This document shows, piece by piece, positions 45,682 through 56,500 of a DNA stretch of 64,000 bases. The stretch is from assembly GCF_002007645.1 (NCBI RefSeq), contig NZ_CP019791.1, positions 2,904,593 through 2,968,592 of the forward strand, in the 5' to 3' direction. The first letter of the stretch is position 1. The number at the start of each line of letters is the position of its first letter. The notes below the pieces were generated by a model. That model was not told where the DNA came from, did not search any database, and worked only from the letters and a program-made list of their open reading frames with translations. This DNA comes from Anaerohalosphaera lusitana. Lineage in GTDB: Bacteria > Planctomycetota > Phycisphaerae > Sedimentisphaerales > Anaerohalosphaeraceae. The position numbers were made by a program, and so were the translations under genes.

Positions 45682-47028
45682 TTAGGCTTCGAAATCCTCA
45701 GGCTTGAATTCCAGCCGCTTCTTCGCCTGGATCGCCTCGTTCACCTTCAAAACAGTGACCGCACTTGCATACCCGTCTTCCGCTGGGCAGTTGAGCTCTA
45801 CCTTACCTCGCATAGCATCAAAGAAGTTTTCAAGGTGCGGCTGATGGTACTTCTTCTCCATCGTAACTGGTATCTCGTACGCAGGCGGAGCGACCGTCTC
45901 ACGAACGTCCAGCAATGCGTCCTCGTCGCCGCCCGTATCCTCCTTCACAGGCTCCTTGACCAGCCCCGAAGATACGAACTTCTCCCACTTCTGAGCGACC
46001 TTGATATCCGCCAGGTTCTCCGGATACAATGCACCCCGGCTCGACGCCTCGGATATCGTCAGCGTACCCTTGTCACCCATGAACGTCTCGTAGTAACCGC
46101 CGTTGCTGTTCGTCGTACCGGTCTGGTAGAACGCACGTACCGTACCCTTCTTCGTCTCGTACTCGTACACAGCCATCACGACGTCGTACCACTCGTGCGT
46201 TTCCTTATCATAATAATCCGTCCCGCCGTTTGCGATCACTGCCTTCGGATGTGCACCGAGGAACCAGTTATAAACATCGATCTGATGAGCACCAAGGTCC
46301 ACGATCGGTCCGCCGCCAAGCCCGCGGTACCATCTCCAGTTTCGGAACTGTCGCATCGAATCAAAACCGTACTGCTTCAGCACTTTCTGCGGTATATGAT
46401 ATCGCTCAGGCGCGGAAAGGTCCGGCCGCGCCGAACGGTTCCACTGACCGTTGATCATCGTGACCTGGCCGAGTATCTCGTCATTGGTCATCAGCTTGTC
46501 TTTGCAGTACAGATACCTCGGATTCGAACGCCTCTGATGTCCGATCTGCAGCAACTGACCCGTCTTCTTCTGCGCCTCTACCATCTTCTTAGCACCCTCG
46601 ATGGTATTGGACATTTCCTTTTCGCAGTAAACGTCAAGTCCAGCTTCCATGCACGCGATCGCATGCTCGCTGTGCCAGAAGTCAGGCGTTGCGATAATAA
46701 CCGCGTCCAGATCCTTTTCCTTGTCCAGCATCTCACGATAATCGATATACGCATTGTTTTCGTGACGATACTTCATCAGCAGACGATGAACCTTACGAAG
46801 GTTGTATTGTTCCCATATATCGCACACTGCCTTGAAACGCAGACCCGGTATCCGCAGACACGAATCCAGCAGAACCTGCCCCTGACTGCCCGCACCAAGT
46901 ATAGCAACGTTGATATCGTCAGCCTTCTCTTTAGCTTCCGCAGCAAACAGACCCGGCGCTATCGCAAGACCCGCACTAACAGCCGCAGTCGAACGCATAA
47001 AATCTCTTCTATTCATCTTATCAGACAT
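45682..47028 (-). CDS. Tat-exported Gfo/Idh/MocA family oxidoreductase
   Basis: Twin-arginine signal RRDFMRSTAAVSAGLAIA, then an NAD(P) Rossmann domain (VAILGAGSQG) and the Gfo/Idh/MocA C-terminal domain. Confidence 0.88.
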   Translation of the reverse strand: MSDKMNRRDFMRSTAAVSAGLAIAPGLFAAEAKEKADDINVAILGAGSQGQVLLDSCLRIPGLRFKAVCDIWEQYNLRKVHRLLMKYRHENNAYIDYREMLDKEKDLDAVIIATPDFWHSEHAIACMEAGLDVYCEKEMSNTIEGAKKMVEAQKKTGQLLQIGHQRRSNPRYLYCKDKLMTNDEILGQVTMINGQWNRSARPDLSAPERYHIPQKVLKQYGFDSMRQFRNWRWYRGLGGGPIVDLGAHQIDVYNWFLGAHPKAVIANGGTDYYDKETHEWYDVVMAVYEYETKKGTVRAFYQTGTTNSNGGYYETFMGDKGTLTISEASSRGALYPENLADIKVAQKWEKFVSSGLVKEPVKEDTGGDEDALLDVRETVAPPAYEIPVTMEKKYHQPHLENFFDAMRGKVELNCPAEDGYASAVTVLKVNEAIQAKKRLEFKPEDFEA

Positions 47029-47046
47029 AATCTTGACACTCCTGTA

Positions 47047-48474
47047 CTAATCCTGCAATTCTTTTATACTCAGGTTTCTATACCAGACCGCCTGTCCATG
47101 ATCCTGCAAACCGATAAAGCCTTCTCTCGGCAGATCCTTGTAGGCGACATTGAACTTATTCTTTGACCCGTCCGGATTCTTGTGAGCTTCGTCCCAGTCA
47201 TTCAGGTCCATATCGATTATCGGCTCATTGTTAAGCACTACGTAAACTTTATTGTCTTTCGCCCCGATCGTCATCCGGTTCCACTTACCCGCCGGCTTGA
47301 CGGCATTCTTCGAAGGCGCAAGCACATCGAATATCCCACCCGCAACATGCCTGTCGATCTCCTTGCCGTGCGAATCCTCAACCTGCACCTCGATCCACGG
47401 CAGCCAGTTGTGATCCTGCGTCCTGATAAACACACCGCTGTTCGTCTTCGGCGCCAGCTTGTATTCCATATCCAATACAAAATCAGAATACTTGCCCTTC
47501 GTCCAGATATCACCGCCGCCCATTCGCGTCAGAACGCCCTGCTTCCATTCCCATGAGCCCTCCTTCATATCCGCATTCGCGAAATCCTCATCAAACAGAG
47601 GCTCCCAGCCGGTAGGATTCAGCTCTCTGCCCTTCTTCTCAAAAAACGCAACACACTGACGCATCTCGGGAACCGAATTGCTCCAGTTGTATTCGTATTC
47701 GATAGAGAAAACACCCTCGAAACCCTGCCGATGCAGCTCCTCAAGCAGCTTAGGCGCACGCTTCGCACCCGTGCCCCAGGGCACATCATGACCGTCCTTG
47801 ATCTCCTTGAAGTGCAGACTCTTGATCCGGCCTTCCAGCTTCTTGAGACACTCGACCGGATCCAGACCCGAACGAACCCAGTGCCCCGTATCCGCACACG
47901 CACCGATATAATCGCTCCGCCCCTCAGCGACCTTCAGCACAGTATCCGGGTTCCAGTACCGCGAAGGCTTAGGGTGGTTATGAACAGCCAGATTGATCTT
48001 GTACTCCTGGCACAGCTTATCAAGCATATCAAACGCCTCAAAAGGAGGCTCCGAAGCGATAGTCTCGATCCCCATATCCTTCGCGAACTCAAACACCTCA
48101 CGTGCCTTCGCCTCGTCATTGCCAAGTCCGACAACGCCGTAATTCACCACCTTGATCTGAGCATCCTTGAGCTTCTGCTTCACTTCCTTCCGAAGCTCCT
48201 CGGACATATTATGATGGAACTTCCCATCACCATCCTTGCTCAGCTTCTGCCCCGGATACGCCTCGATATAATCCAGACCCAGCGAACGCGTCTTGTCCAG
48301 ACCTTCATAAAACGTAAAACGATTGAAACTCCACGCCTGCGTCCCCAGACGCCAGCCGTCATAAGCACTTACCGCCGGATGCTCTTTCAAGGGCATTTCC
48401 GGCCCAGCCGCCATCAAATTACAAGCCATTATCGCAACGACTCCCACTATCATAATCGCCATATTTTTCTTCAT
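47047..48474 (-). CDS. Exported fusion protein: xylose isomerase-like TIM barrel + DUF1080 (3-keto-disaccharide hydrolase family) domain
   Basis: 475 aa. Sec signal, TIM-barrel domain (about residues 40-300), then a DUF1080 jelly-roll with its hallmark motifs (GVFIRTQDH..., GLQDHGQAVWYRNLSIKEL). Confidence 0.8.
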   Translation of the reverse strand: MKKNMAIMIVGVVAIMACNLMAAGPEMPLKEHPAVSAYDGWRLGTQAWSFNRFTFYEGLDKTRSLGLDYIEAYPGQKLSKDGDGKFHHNMSEELRKEVKQKLKDAQIKVVNYGVVGLGNDEAKAREVFEFAKDMGIETIASEPPFEAFDMLDKLCQEYKINLAVHNHPKPSRYWNPDTVLKVAEGRSDYIGACADTGHWVRSGLDPVECLKKLEGRIKSLHFKEIKDGHDVPWGTGAKRAPKLLEELHRQGFEGVFSIEYEYNWSNSVPEMRQCVAFFEKKGRELNPTGWEPLFDEDFANADMKEGSWEWKQGVLTRMGGGDIWTKGKYSDFVLDMEYKLAPKTNSGVFIRTQDHNWLPWIEVQVEDSHGKEIDRHVAGGIFDVLAPSKNAVKPAGKWNRMTIGAKDNKVYVVLNNEPIIDMDLNDWDEAHKNPDGSKNKFNVAYKDLPREGFIGLQDHGQAVWYRNLSIKELQD

Positions 48475-48787
48475 TTTACTACCCCGAAAAAGTTATCATT
48501 AACCCTTTTATCAAGTAGATTCGATCCCTGGCCTCAACAATCCAGCACCAGATCAAACACCTAACGACCCACATTTACCGGCTTTCTATATTGCCGCCTG
48601 CAAATATGGTCCCAGAACGCCGCTCAAAACCCTTTTTGGCGGACACAGAACCAGATATATCTGTAAAATACTGCCCAATCTGACACTTCATTATCCACCA
48701 GTCTACAGCCGCGTTCATTATACATAATCTCAGACCGACAGTCCAGCAAACCGCTTCCGTCGCATCTGAATCCTTAAATAACCGTTA

Positions 48788-51700
48788 TTAGCCCTCGGGC
48801 ACAACCGCGATCGCCGAGATCATCAGATTCGGACCATCCGTCACCTTCGCACCAAGCGTGATCGTCCCGTCCAGCGTATCCTCACGCATCACATGGACCG
48901 CAACCCATTTCCCCTTATCCTTATGCTCTCCAAGGCTCACAGGCCGACCCTCAAACCGAACCTCACCCTTCCTGTCCAGCATATTCGAATCCTGGAAATG
49001 CACATAGAGCGTACCGATAAAGCCCTCCGGCACGTCCAGAGTCACCGCCAGCTCTTCACCAAACCAGTAGGCACCCTTGCTGTCCCGCCACATGCCGTCA
49101 GCAGCGACCGAATAACCAAAACCATCACCGCCGACTAGCACATCATCTTTACTCTTATCGTACGCCACATTCTGCTCAACCGCATCAACCTCCCCAGCAG
49201 CATCGACAAACAGAACCGCCTTCTCCTTGCCCTCCGGCAGCTTGGCGAGCGTCGCCTCCTGGGCCGACATTAGCAGCTCACCCAGCAAATCACGATCCAG
49301 CTCATGCTCGGGCAAAAACTCATCCCCGCCCACATACTGCATCAGACTGTACAGCAACTGCTTCGCAGCCAGACTCTTCTCCGCCTTGCCCGGCAGATCC
49401 CAACTGCACACCAGCAGCTTGCCGTCGCCATATCTCGTCTCAAATATCGCACCCAGCTTATTGTTCCGATGGAAATCATCGATCGGCTGAACGATCGGCC
49501 TGAAACCAAAAGGCGTATCGTTTAGAATGAAAACATGCCCGCCCCGCGCAATATCCCACCACTGCCAGTCGGTATGCATGTCAGTAGGAAACTCCGCAAG
49601 CGCCTCATGCTCATCCCGTATCAGATGCCCAAGTCCCCCCGCCTGCCCCGGAAACCACGTCAGCGACCAGTACACCGGCATAAACTTGCTTTCCACCTTC
49701 TTCTCCGTCGCCGTATTCGAAGCGAACACAACCGCCCTGCCTCCATCTTCAAGATGGCTCACGACGTCCTCATTCAGCGACTCCGCCACCATCACATCAC
49801 CCGGCATCTCAACCTCGACCGCCGGGAACACCCACACCTTCCAACTGTTCACGATGTCGGTATTCTCAAGCCCCGCCGTGATCGTTAGCTCCTGCGCCTC
49901 CGTCAAACCCTCAAGCGACGCACTAAGCGAACCCGCATCAGCCAGCGACCCGACCATTATATCCCGAGCCTCAAACTCACCCTCCGCGACCACCTCGCCG
50001 TCCTCCTTCACCAGCTTCCAGAACGGCACAGCACCTGCAATATCCTCCTCCCCGAAATGCGATATCTGCAGCGACGCCGCCAGCGTCTCATCGTTTCGCC
50101 ACTCGCGTTTTTCGATCCTCAGCAGCGGAACCGTCACATCACAGTACCGCATAAACTTCTCAGGCGTCGTGATCCCCTTGCTGTCATAAAACGAATCCAG
50201 CGTCCCGATCAGCGCCTCACCCTGCCCGGAATAATCCTGCAGCCCCAGCAGATGAAATCCCGCCATGTGCTCCGAACGCATATTCGCCTCGATCTCAGCC
50301 TTATACAAAAGCACGTTCAGCGCCCCGGTCGCTTCATGAAATTCCTCGTTCAGCTCCAGCAGCCCCCTCTCCCTGGCGGACTCCCGGAACCCCTCCAGAT
50401 TACGCGCCCGCAGCACGCCCGTATACTTGTCTATCTCATCAAAATCCGGATACACCGGCCACTGCCCAAGCTCGTGCGCTATCACCGGCACATCCATATG
50501 CTCCAGCACATTGTCATAATCCCACGCAGTACTGGGCCCCCTCAACCCACGCGTCCCGCCCCTGTTCGTCCTGTGTGAAACATAATAATCGTCACTCTCC
50601 GGCAACTGCCTCGCCGTCGACGTCGCATAAAGCCTCCGCGGATCACGCTCCCGGGCAGTATCCATGATCTCCGCCATCAGATCGAAATCACCGCCGCCGA
50701 GCTCATTGCCAATACCCATCATCACGAACGACGGATGGTTCCCGTACGCCTCCAGTATCCTGTCACGCTCCCTCTTCACATACTCGACAACTTCCTCATC
50801 CTTACCAAACAGCTTCAGCCCCGGAAAATCCTTCAGCATCCACTTGTCGATCCAGATACCGATCTCAGGCTGCAGATATATCCCAACCTTATCCGCCGCC
50901 TCGAACGCAGCCTCAGGCGGACACCACGAATGAAAACGAATATGATTGAGCCCGTAAGATTTGCTGATCTCCCATATCCGCCTCCACTGCTCAACATCCA
51001 TCGCCGGATAGCCCGTCAGCGGAAAATGCACATTATCCAGATTGCCCCGCATATACGTCGGCCGACCGTTCACCACAAAATGCGTCCCGTCATGCCCTAT
51101 CTTCCTGCATCCGAACTGCACCGACTTGCTGTGCCTGTACGAGTCAAAAAAACCGCCCGCCTTCAGCGAAAGCTCTGCCCGATAAAGCGTCGGATCGAAT
51201 TCATCCCACAGCTCCATCTTATCGCCCAAAAACAGATTGATCGTCTTCTCCACCTCCCCAGGCTCAAGATCGAACTTCACCTTCTTCCTTGCCCTGACCC
51301 CGTCGAGCCCGACCTCAAAAACCCCGCAGTCAACCGTCACCGACTGCCGCTTATCAGTCTCGTTGTTTATCCCAGCAACGACCTTCACGAGTTTCTTATC
51401 AATATCCGGCCACACCTTCACTGAACCAATATTAACCGCGGGCCTCGCTTCAAGCTTGATCTCCCCAACCACGCCGTTCCAGATCGTCTGCATATGATCG
51501 CCGTACGCATGCCCCTTCTCGCCGATCATATGTATCATCGAATTATCCACCCGCACCGTGATCGTGTGCTCACCAGGCTCGACAACTCCTAGCTCATAAC
51601 TGTGCGGCGTCCCCAGACTGTCATAACTGCCGATCTTCTCACCATCCAGCCAGACAGTCGACTCCCACAGAACCCGCTCCAGGAACAACGTCAACTTTTT

Positions 51701-52024
51701 ATCCCGCCAGTCCGCAGGAACGATCACTTCCTTTTTATACCACGCCGGCCCGACATACTTATAAACCCTGCTCAGCGCACCATAAGTCGAACCCTCCGTC
51801 TTCTCTCCATAACCCGCCTCATCCGTCGTCCCGGGCAGCTCGATCGTCTCAGAAAGCTCCTTGCCGTACCACTGCTGATCGACCCCGACATCCTCCTCAT
51901 CGAGACTGAATTGCCACTCACCCGCAAGCGAAATACTCTCACCATCCGCAGCGGAAGCACAAAAGGATCCTAAAATTGCAGCGATTAGAAGAGCCAATAA
52001 AAACTTTGTCGGTCGTTCGATCAT
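48788..52024 (-). CDS. Glycoside hydrolase family 2
   Basis: 1078 aa. Signal peptide, GH2 sugar-binding / Ig-like / TIM-barrel order with catalytic-acid context MGIGNELGG. Long C-terminal accessory domains. Confidence 0.85.
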   Translation of the reverse strand: MIERPTKFLLALLIAAILGSFCASAADGESISLAGEWQFSLDEEDVGVDQQWYGKELSETIELPGTTDEAGYGEKTEGSTYGALSRVYKYVGPAWYKKEVIVPADWRDKKLTLFLERVLWESTVWLDGEKIGSYDSLGTPHSYELGVVEPGEHTITVRVDNSMIHMIGEKGHAYGDHMQTIWNGVVGEIKLEARPAVNIGSVKVWPDIDKKLVKVVAGINNETDKRQSVTVDCGVFEVGLDGVRARKKVKFDLEPGEVEKTINLFLGDKMELWDEFDPTLYRAELSLKAGGFFDSYRHSKSVQFGCRKIGHDGTHFVVNGRPTYMRGNLDNVHFPLTGYPAMDVEQWRRIWEISKSYGLNHIRFHSWCPPEAAFEAADKVGIYLQPEIGIWIDKWMLKDFPGLKLFGKDEEVVEYVKRERDRILEAYGNHPSFVMMGIGNELGGGDFDLMAEIMDTARERDPRRLYATSTARQLPESDDYYVSHRTNRGGTRGLRGPSTAWDYDNVLEHMDVPVIAHELGQWPVYPDFDEIDKYTGVLRARNLEGFRESARERGLLELNEEFHEATGALNVLLYKAEIEANMRSEHMAGFHLLGLQDYSGQGEALIGTLDSFYDSKGITTPEKFMRYCDVTVPLLRIEKREWRNDETLAASLQISHFGEEDIAGAVPFWKLVKEDGEVVAEGEFEARDIMVGSLADAGSLSASLEGLTEAQELTITAGLENTDIVNSWKVWVFPAVEVEMPGDVMVAESLNEDVVSHLEDGGRAVVFASNTATEKKVESKFMPVYWSLTWFPGQAGGLGHLIRDEHEALAEFPTDMHTDWQWWDIARGGHVFILNDTPFGFRPIVQPIDDFHRNNKLGAIFETRYGDGKLLVCSWDLPGKAEKSLAAKQLLYSLMQYVGGDEFLPEHELDRDLLGELLMSAQEATLAKLPEGKEKAVLFVDAAGEVDAVEQNVAYDKSKDDVLVGGDGFGYSVAADGMWRDSKGAYWFGEELAVTLDVPEGFIGTLYVHFQDSNMLDRKGEVRFEGRPVSLGEHKDKGKWVAVHVMREDTLDGTITLGAKVTDGPNLMISAIAVVPEG

Positions 52025-52119
52025 TTCCTCTGCCCTGAACTCAAAACTCTATTCCATTAAAGCCAATTCAAAACCCAGCCTGCGCCCGCATGTACAAACT
52101 ACCTTTGAAACGCAAGTTT

Positions 52120-52151
52120 AGAAAACCGGTGCGGCCCAAAAGACCGCACCG
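52120..52151 (-). terminator. Minus-strand terminator after the Tat-Gfo/Idh/MocA gene ending at 52161
   Basis: CGGTGCGG-cccaaaaga-CCGCACCG (8-bp stem). On the minus strand it is followed by TTTTCT. Separates the AraC-proximal 5-gene array from the GH2 gene. Confidence 0.55.
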
Positions 52152-52160
52152 ACATGATTT

Positions 52161-53531
52161 CTACAGGGACCAGCCCTGCCTGTACTCACGCTTGACCCAG
52201 GCGTTAGCTTCTTCATTGTTCGTGATCTTCATTGCATCAGCATCCCAGTTCAGACGCTGATCCGGATTGAGCACTGCAATATTACCCAGCAGAACCATCT
52301 CAGTGAACGGCCCGGCATACTCGAAGTTCGAAACTGCAGGCTTACCGCCCTTGCAAGCATCGATCCAGTTCTGCTCATGACTGCCCTCAACACGCTCGAG
52401 AGTCCGCTCAGGTCTGTCATAGGCCCGCATCTTCGTCTCAGGTATAATACGAGGACCGCCGCCGTAAGTGCCGCTCATGATCTTACCCTTGTCGCCCACA
52501 AATATCGTGCCGCTGTCAGGCATCCGTCGGCCGGGCTCAAGGTCTTCGGGACGCTCAGGCATGATCCCGCCGTCATACCAGTGCAACTTAACCGGAGGCA
52601 TTGATCCGCGTGCCGGGAATGTATAATGCACAACCGAAGCAGCAGGATATGTCCCCGACCGATCATCGATCTTCCATTCTCCTGTCGGATCCTTGCTCAC
52701 CGACGCGATCACACTCGAAGGCTTGGTAAGATCCAACGCATAAACCGCAGCATCCATGATATGACAACCCATATCACCAAGCGATCCGCAGCCGTAATCG
52801 ATCCAGCCGCGCCAGTTAAACGGAGCATACGCACTGTTGTACTCACGCATCCGCGACGGACCGACCCAAAGATCCCAGTCCATAGTAGACGGAACTTCTT
52901 GCGCCTCAGCAGGTTTAACAATTCCCTGCGGCCAGATCGGTCGATTCGTCCAGCAATGAACCTCACGCACCGGCCCGATCGCACCGTCATGGATCCACTC
53001 ATGGATCAGACGACATCCTTCACCCGAATGCCCCTGGTTACCCATCTGCGTAGCAACCTTGTACTTCCGAGCCGCCTCAGTCAACACACGAGCTTCATTC
53101 ACGGTATAAGTCAGCGGCTTCTGCACATAAACATGCTTGCCCGCCTGCATAGCCGCCATCGCAGCAACTGCATGCGTATGATCAGGCGTCGCTATAAGAA
53201 CCGCATCGATATCCTTCTGCTTTTCCAGCATCACACGGAAATCCTTATAACGCTTCGCATCCGGAAACCTCTCATAGCTCCCCGCTGCCCGCTTGTCATC
53301 AACGTCACACAAAGCAACTATATTCTCACCCGACATGGCCCGCAGATTGCCGGCCCCCATCCCGCCGGCACCTATAGCCGCAATATTGAGCTTCTCGCTC
53401 GGCGGTGTCTGACCGTTCGCTCCGATCACATAACTCGGAACGACCGTAAATGCAGCCGCTGCCGCTGCCGCTGAACCCATAAACTGTCTGCGTGAAATTC
53501 CGTCCTTGCTCTTAGAACCATGTCCTGCCAT
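52161..53531 (-). CDS. Tat-exported Gfo/Idh/MocA family oxidoreductase
   Basis: Twin-arginine signal SRRQFMGSAAAAAAAF; Rossmann AAIGAGGMG; Gfo/Idh/MocA C-terminal domain. Confidence 0.88.
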   Translation of the reverse strand: MAGHGSKSKDGISRRQFMGSAAAAAAAFTVVPSYVIGANGQTPPSEKLNIAAIGAGGMGAGNLRAMSGENIVALCDVDDKRAAGSYERFPDAKRYKDFRVMLEKQKDIDAVLIATPDHTHAVAAMAAMQAGKHVYVQKPLTYTVNEARVLTEAARKYKVATQMGNQGHSGEGCRLIHEWIHDGAIGPVREVHCWTNRPIWPQGIVKPAEAQEVPSTMDWDLWVGPSRMREYNSAYAPFNWRGWIDYGCGSLGDMGCHIMDAAVYALDLTKPSSVIASVSKDPTGEWKIDDRSGTYPAASVVHYTFPARGSMPPVKLHWYDGGIMPERPEDLEPGRRMPDSGTIFVGDKGKIMSGTYGGGPRIIPETKMRAYDRPERTLERVEGSHEQNWIDACKGGKPAVSNFEYAGPFTEMVLLGNIAVLNPDQRLNWDADAMKITNNEEANAWVKREYRQGWSL

Positions 53532-53596
53532 AATTCACCTCAATTTTTTCAAGTTATTGTGAATCGAAACCTTGCTCTCAACCCACAGAATATCCA

Positions 53597-56500
53597 TCAT
53601 TCAAACACAAAATCCATCTCATGTATTGACCAGTAATACGAACCCGAAGAACCCGTCTGCACTATCTTCAAGTATCTGACCGGCTGATCCGTATCCAACT
53701 CTATCTCTACAACCGGCTTACTTGCCTCACCCGTTGCAACAGACTCACCCCACTCACTCTTATCCTTGGAAGCATAAACCTCGTATCCCCTCGGATAATC
53801 ATTCGCCGAACCCTTCGCGTCAAGCTTGATCTGCTTGACATTCATCGCATACCCCAGATCAATCATAAACCAGTCGCCGGGCTTCATCGGCCTGCCCGTA
53901 TCCCAACGTGTACCCGGATCGTCGTCAAACGCATTGCCGACCTTGCCCGAATTCCGCGATGCCTCAGCCTCGATCACATTCTTAGCCAAAGCTTCCCTTA
54001 TCTTTTTCACTGCGATCTTCGCCTCTTCGCCAACAGCCTCATCACCCGCAAGCGACTCCGCCAGCTCCAACGCCGCAGGCGACTTGACCCCGCCAAGCAC
54101 ACCCAAAGCATACTTCTTCTCAGCAGGTCTTTCAGCAGCTTCAATTGCTTTCTCAAGCATTTCAGCCGCCCCGGTTTTCACGTGCTTTGCAAGATTCACA
54201 TAACCCCGGATCGCCATCGACCGCGTCCTCGCCGACTCACTGGTTCTCGCGACCTCCAGAAGATCATCCGCAGGGCTCGTGCTCGGCCAGCCCGAAAGCG
54301 CCTTGACTGCCCCCGAAACCATTCTGTCATCATCTGACCTGAGCGCCTCCCTGATGTAAGGCAGTGCTGCGTCATTGCCGATCTTACCCATTATCGCCAA
54401 AATCGACTGAGCCGACCTCGGATCGCTGGCGTCTTGCATCCCCCCAGCCAGCGCCTTAACCGCTCTCTTCTCGGCATCCGCATCTTTTTGCGACCTTGCC
54501 AGTACCGCAACTCCCGCGGCCCTGCTCCGCCGCGAGCTGTCCGCATTTATCATAATTTCGACCAGCTCATCGAAATCGCCCCCACCCACGCTCCGCATCG
54601 CCTTCAACGCAGCCAGCGAAACATCCTGAACATCCGATTTCGCAAGCTCCAGCAGCTCACCCTGCGCAGACTCTATCTTTCTCTGCTCTATCGCACCGAT
54701 CAGTTCGACCCTGACGTCTGCCCCTGTCTCATCGGACACTGCCAGCTCAGCTATCTTATCATTCACCCCTGCTTCGTTGAGCCGGTACAGGCTCTCCCTC
54801 GCAACCTCACCCACATTCCCCGCATCCTCCGCTGCCGTCTCAGCAAGCATCTTAACATGCTCCGACCCGCCAAGACTTCCCAACGCTTCGACCGCGGCAA
54901 CCCTCACCTCCATGTCCTCGGACCCAGCCGCAGCAGTAATCGCCTCCGCCGCAGTTCTCTCGCCCATATCCTGCAATACACCGATCAACTGAACCTTGAT
55001 GTCATCATTCAATCCCCCAAGCTCCGCCGCAAGACTTGCCGCGACATCTCCGCTCTCAGCCAGTCGAACCAGCCCGATCGCCGCACTCTTCATCTCTTCA
55101 TCATCACCCTGCAACAGGTCTACAACCTGCTCAACTCCGTACTCCGGCGCCGCCTCGATTAGTCCGCTCAGACCAGCCACCCTCTGCGAAAGCGACCAAT
55201 CCGACTTGAACACATTGACGTAAATGAATACCGCCCCATCCTTGTCACCTTTTGCCGCGAGCCCGTCTGCGCATTGCAGCAGTGCCGTAACAAACACTTC
55301 CTGCAGCTCCGCATCTCCGCTAAACTCATCCTTTTGCTCTTGCAGTACCTTAAGCGCATCCCGGTTACCGATACGTCCGATTGCTATCAACGCAGCCGCC
55401 TGAACCTTCTGATCCGAAGATCCCAGCTTCGCAGCAACCGAAGACAATGCCCCCTCGATCCCGCGCCTGCCGATCGTAGTGATCAATCCGACAGCCTGAT
55501 CACCGCTCGCACCCTCAAGCTCACCGACCAGCACCTTATCCACAGACTCACCCGGGATCCGCTCCAACGCATACCGAGCCACATCGCCAAGCTCATCATC
55601 ATCCAGAAGACCCGCCAGAACCCCCGCAGAATCTTCTGTACCGTAAACACTAAGCTTCTCACATACAACTTTCTTACCCGCTGCACTCGCTTCGGACTTC
55701 AAAAACTCGCCCAGCTCCTTCTGCACTTCCCCGCTCATCACAGCCGCCTCAGGCAGCCCAGCAAGGAAACTGTCCAACTGATACACAACTGCCCTGCTCT
55801 GACCGTACTCATACTCGCCAACCTCGGCAAGTATAGCTTCAAGCCGCTCGAAATCTACCAGCGAAAGCGGATCAAACGCAACAGGCGTCGTATCAGCCTC
55901 CAGATCCCCCATCGCAAACTGAACACCCGCCAGCAGATGCTCCATTATCTCAGCGTTCCAGTAAATATGAGCATTGTGCCCGAAACCGCAATAGTACACC
56001 CGACCGTCACCATAGGACCGTATCCACGAAACGGGTATATCCACATCGCTCGGCCGTATCCCCCCTGCACTGCCTGTCACATTATCCGTCAGATCAAGCC
56101 GCACCAGCACCCTGCAGTTCTCCCGCAGCCCCATCTGCTTCGTACGGTATATCTCATCCTTATCCTTAAACTTGACATTTTCAAACGCTGCCGTCAGCGG
56201 ACTCCCCGTATCCTCCACCTCAAAAGCCCACGTCCCTCCTGCCGTCCACGGGTGCCCATCAAACACGCCTCCCATCATCCTCGCTGCCTCGTCCCACTCA
56301 TAGAAATTGTCCGTCGCCGCATGGATCCCCACAACCCCCTTGCCCGACTTCACAAAATTCATCAAACTCTTTTTCAGCCCAGGCTCCTCATCAAAAGTAA
56401 GTTTCGTCGTGTTATTGAAACAAACCGCATCAAACTGCTCCAGCGTCTCGGGCCGAAACACCTTCATGTCATTGCTCACCACGATCGAAAACGCACCCGT

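Noticed and set aside
48500-48540. tRNA-like TTCGATCC box (gtagattcgatccctggcc)
   Set aside because: No complementary T-stem, no acceptor stem/CCA context and no upstream D/anticodon arms; judged a chance match. I found no tRNA in the window.
45538-48564. 542-aa and 277-aa plus-strand ORFs antisense to the Gfo and TIM-DUF1080 genes
   Set aside because: Long only because of GC-rich codon bias; Arg/Leu/His-rich, no motifs.
49527-51424. Plus-strand ORFs (220, 229 aa and smaller) inside GH2
   Set aside because: Antisense, Ser/Pro/Arg-rich; GH2 frame well supported.
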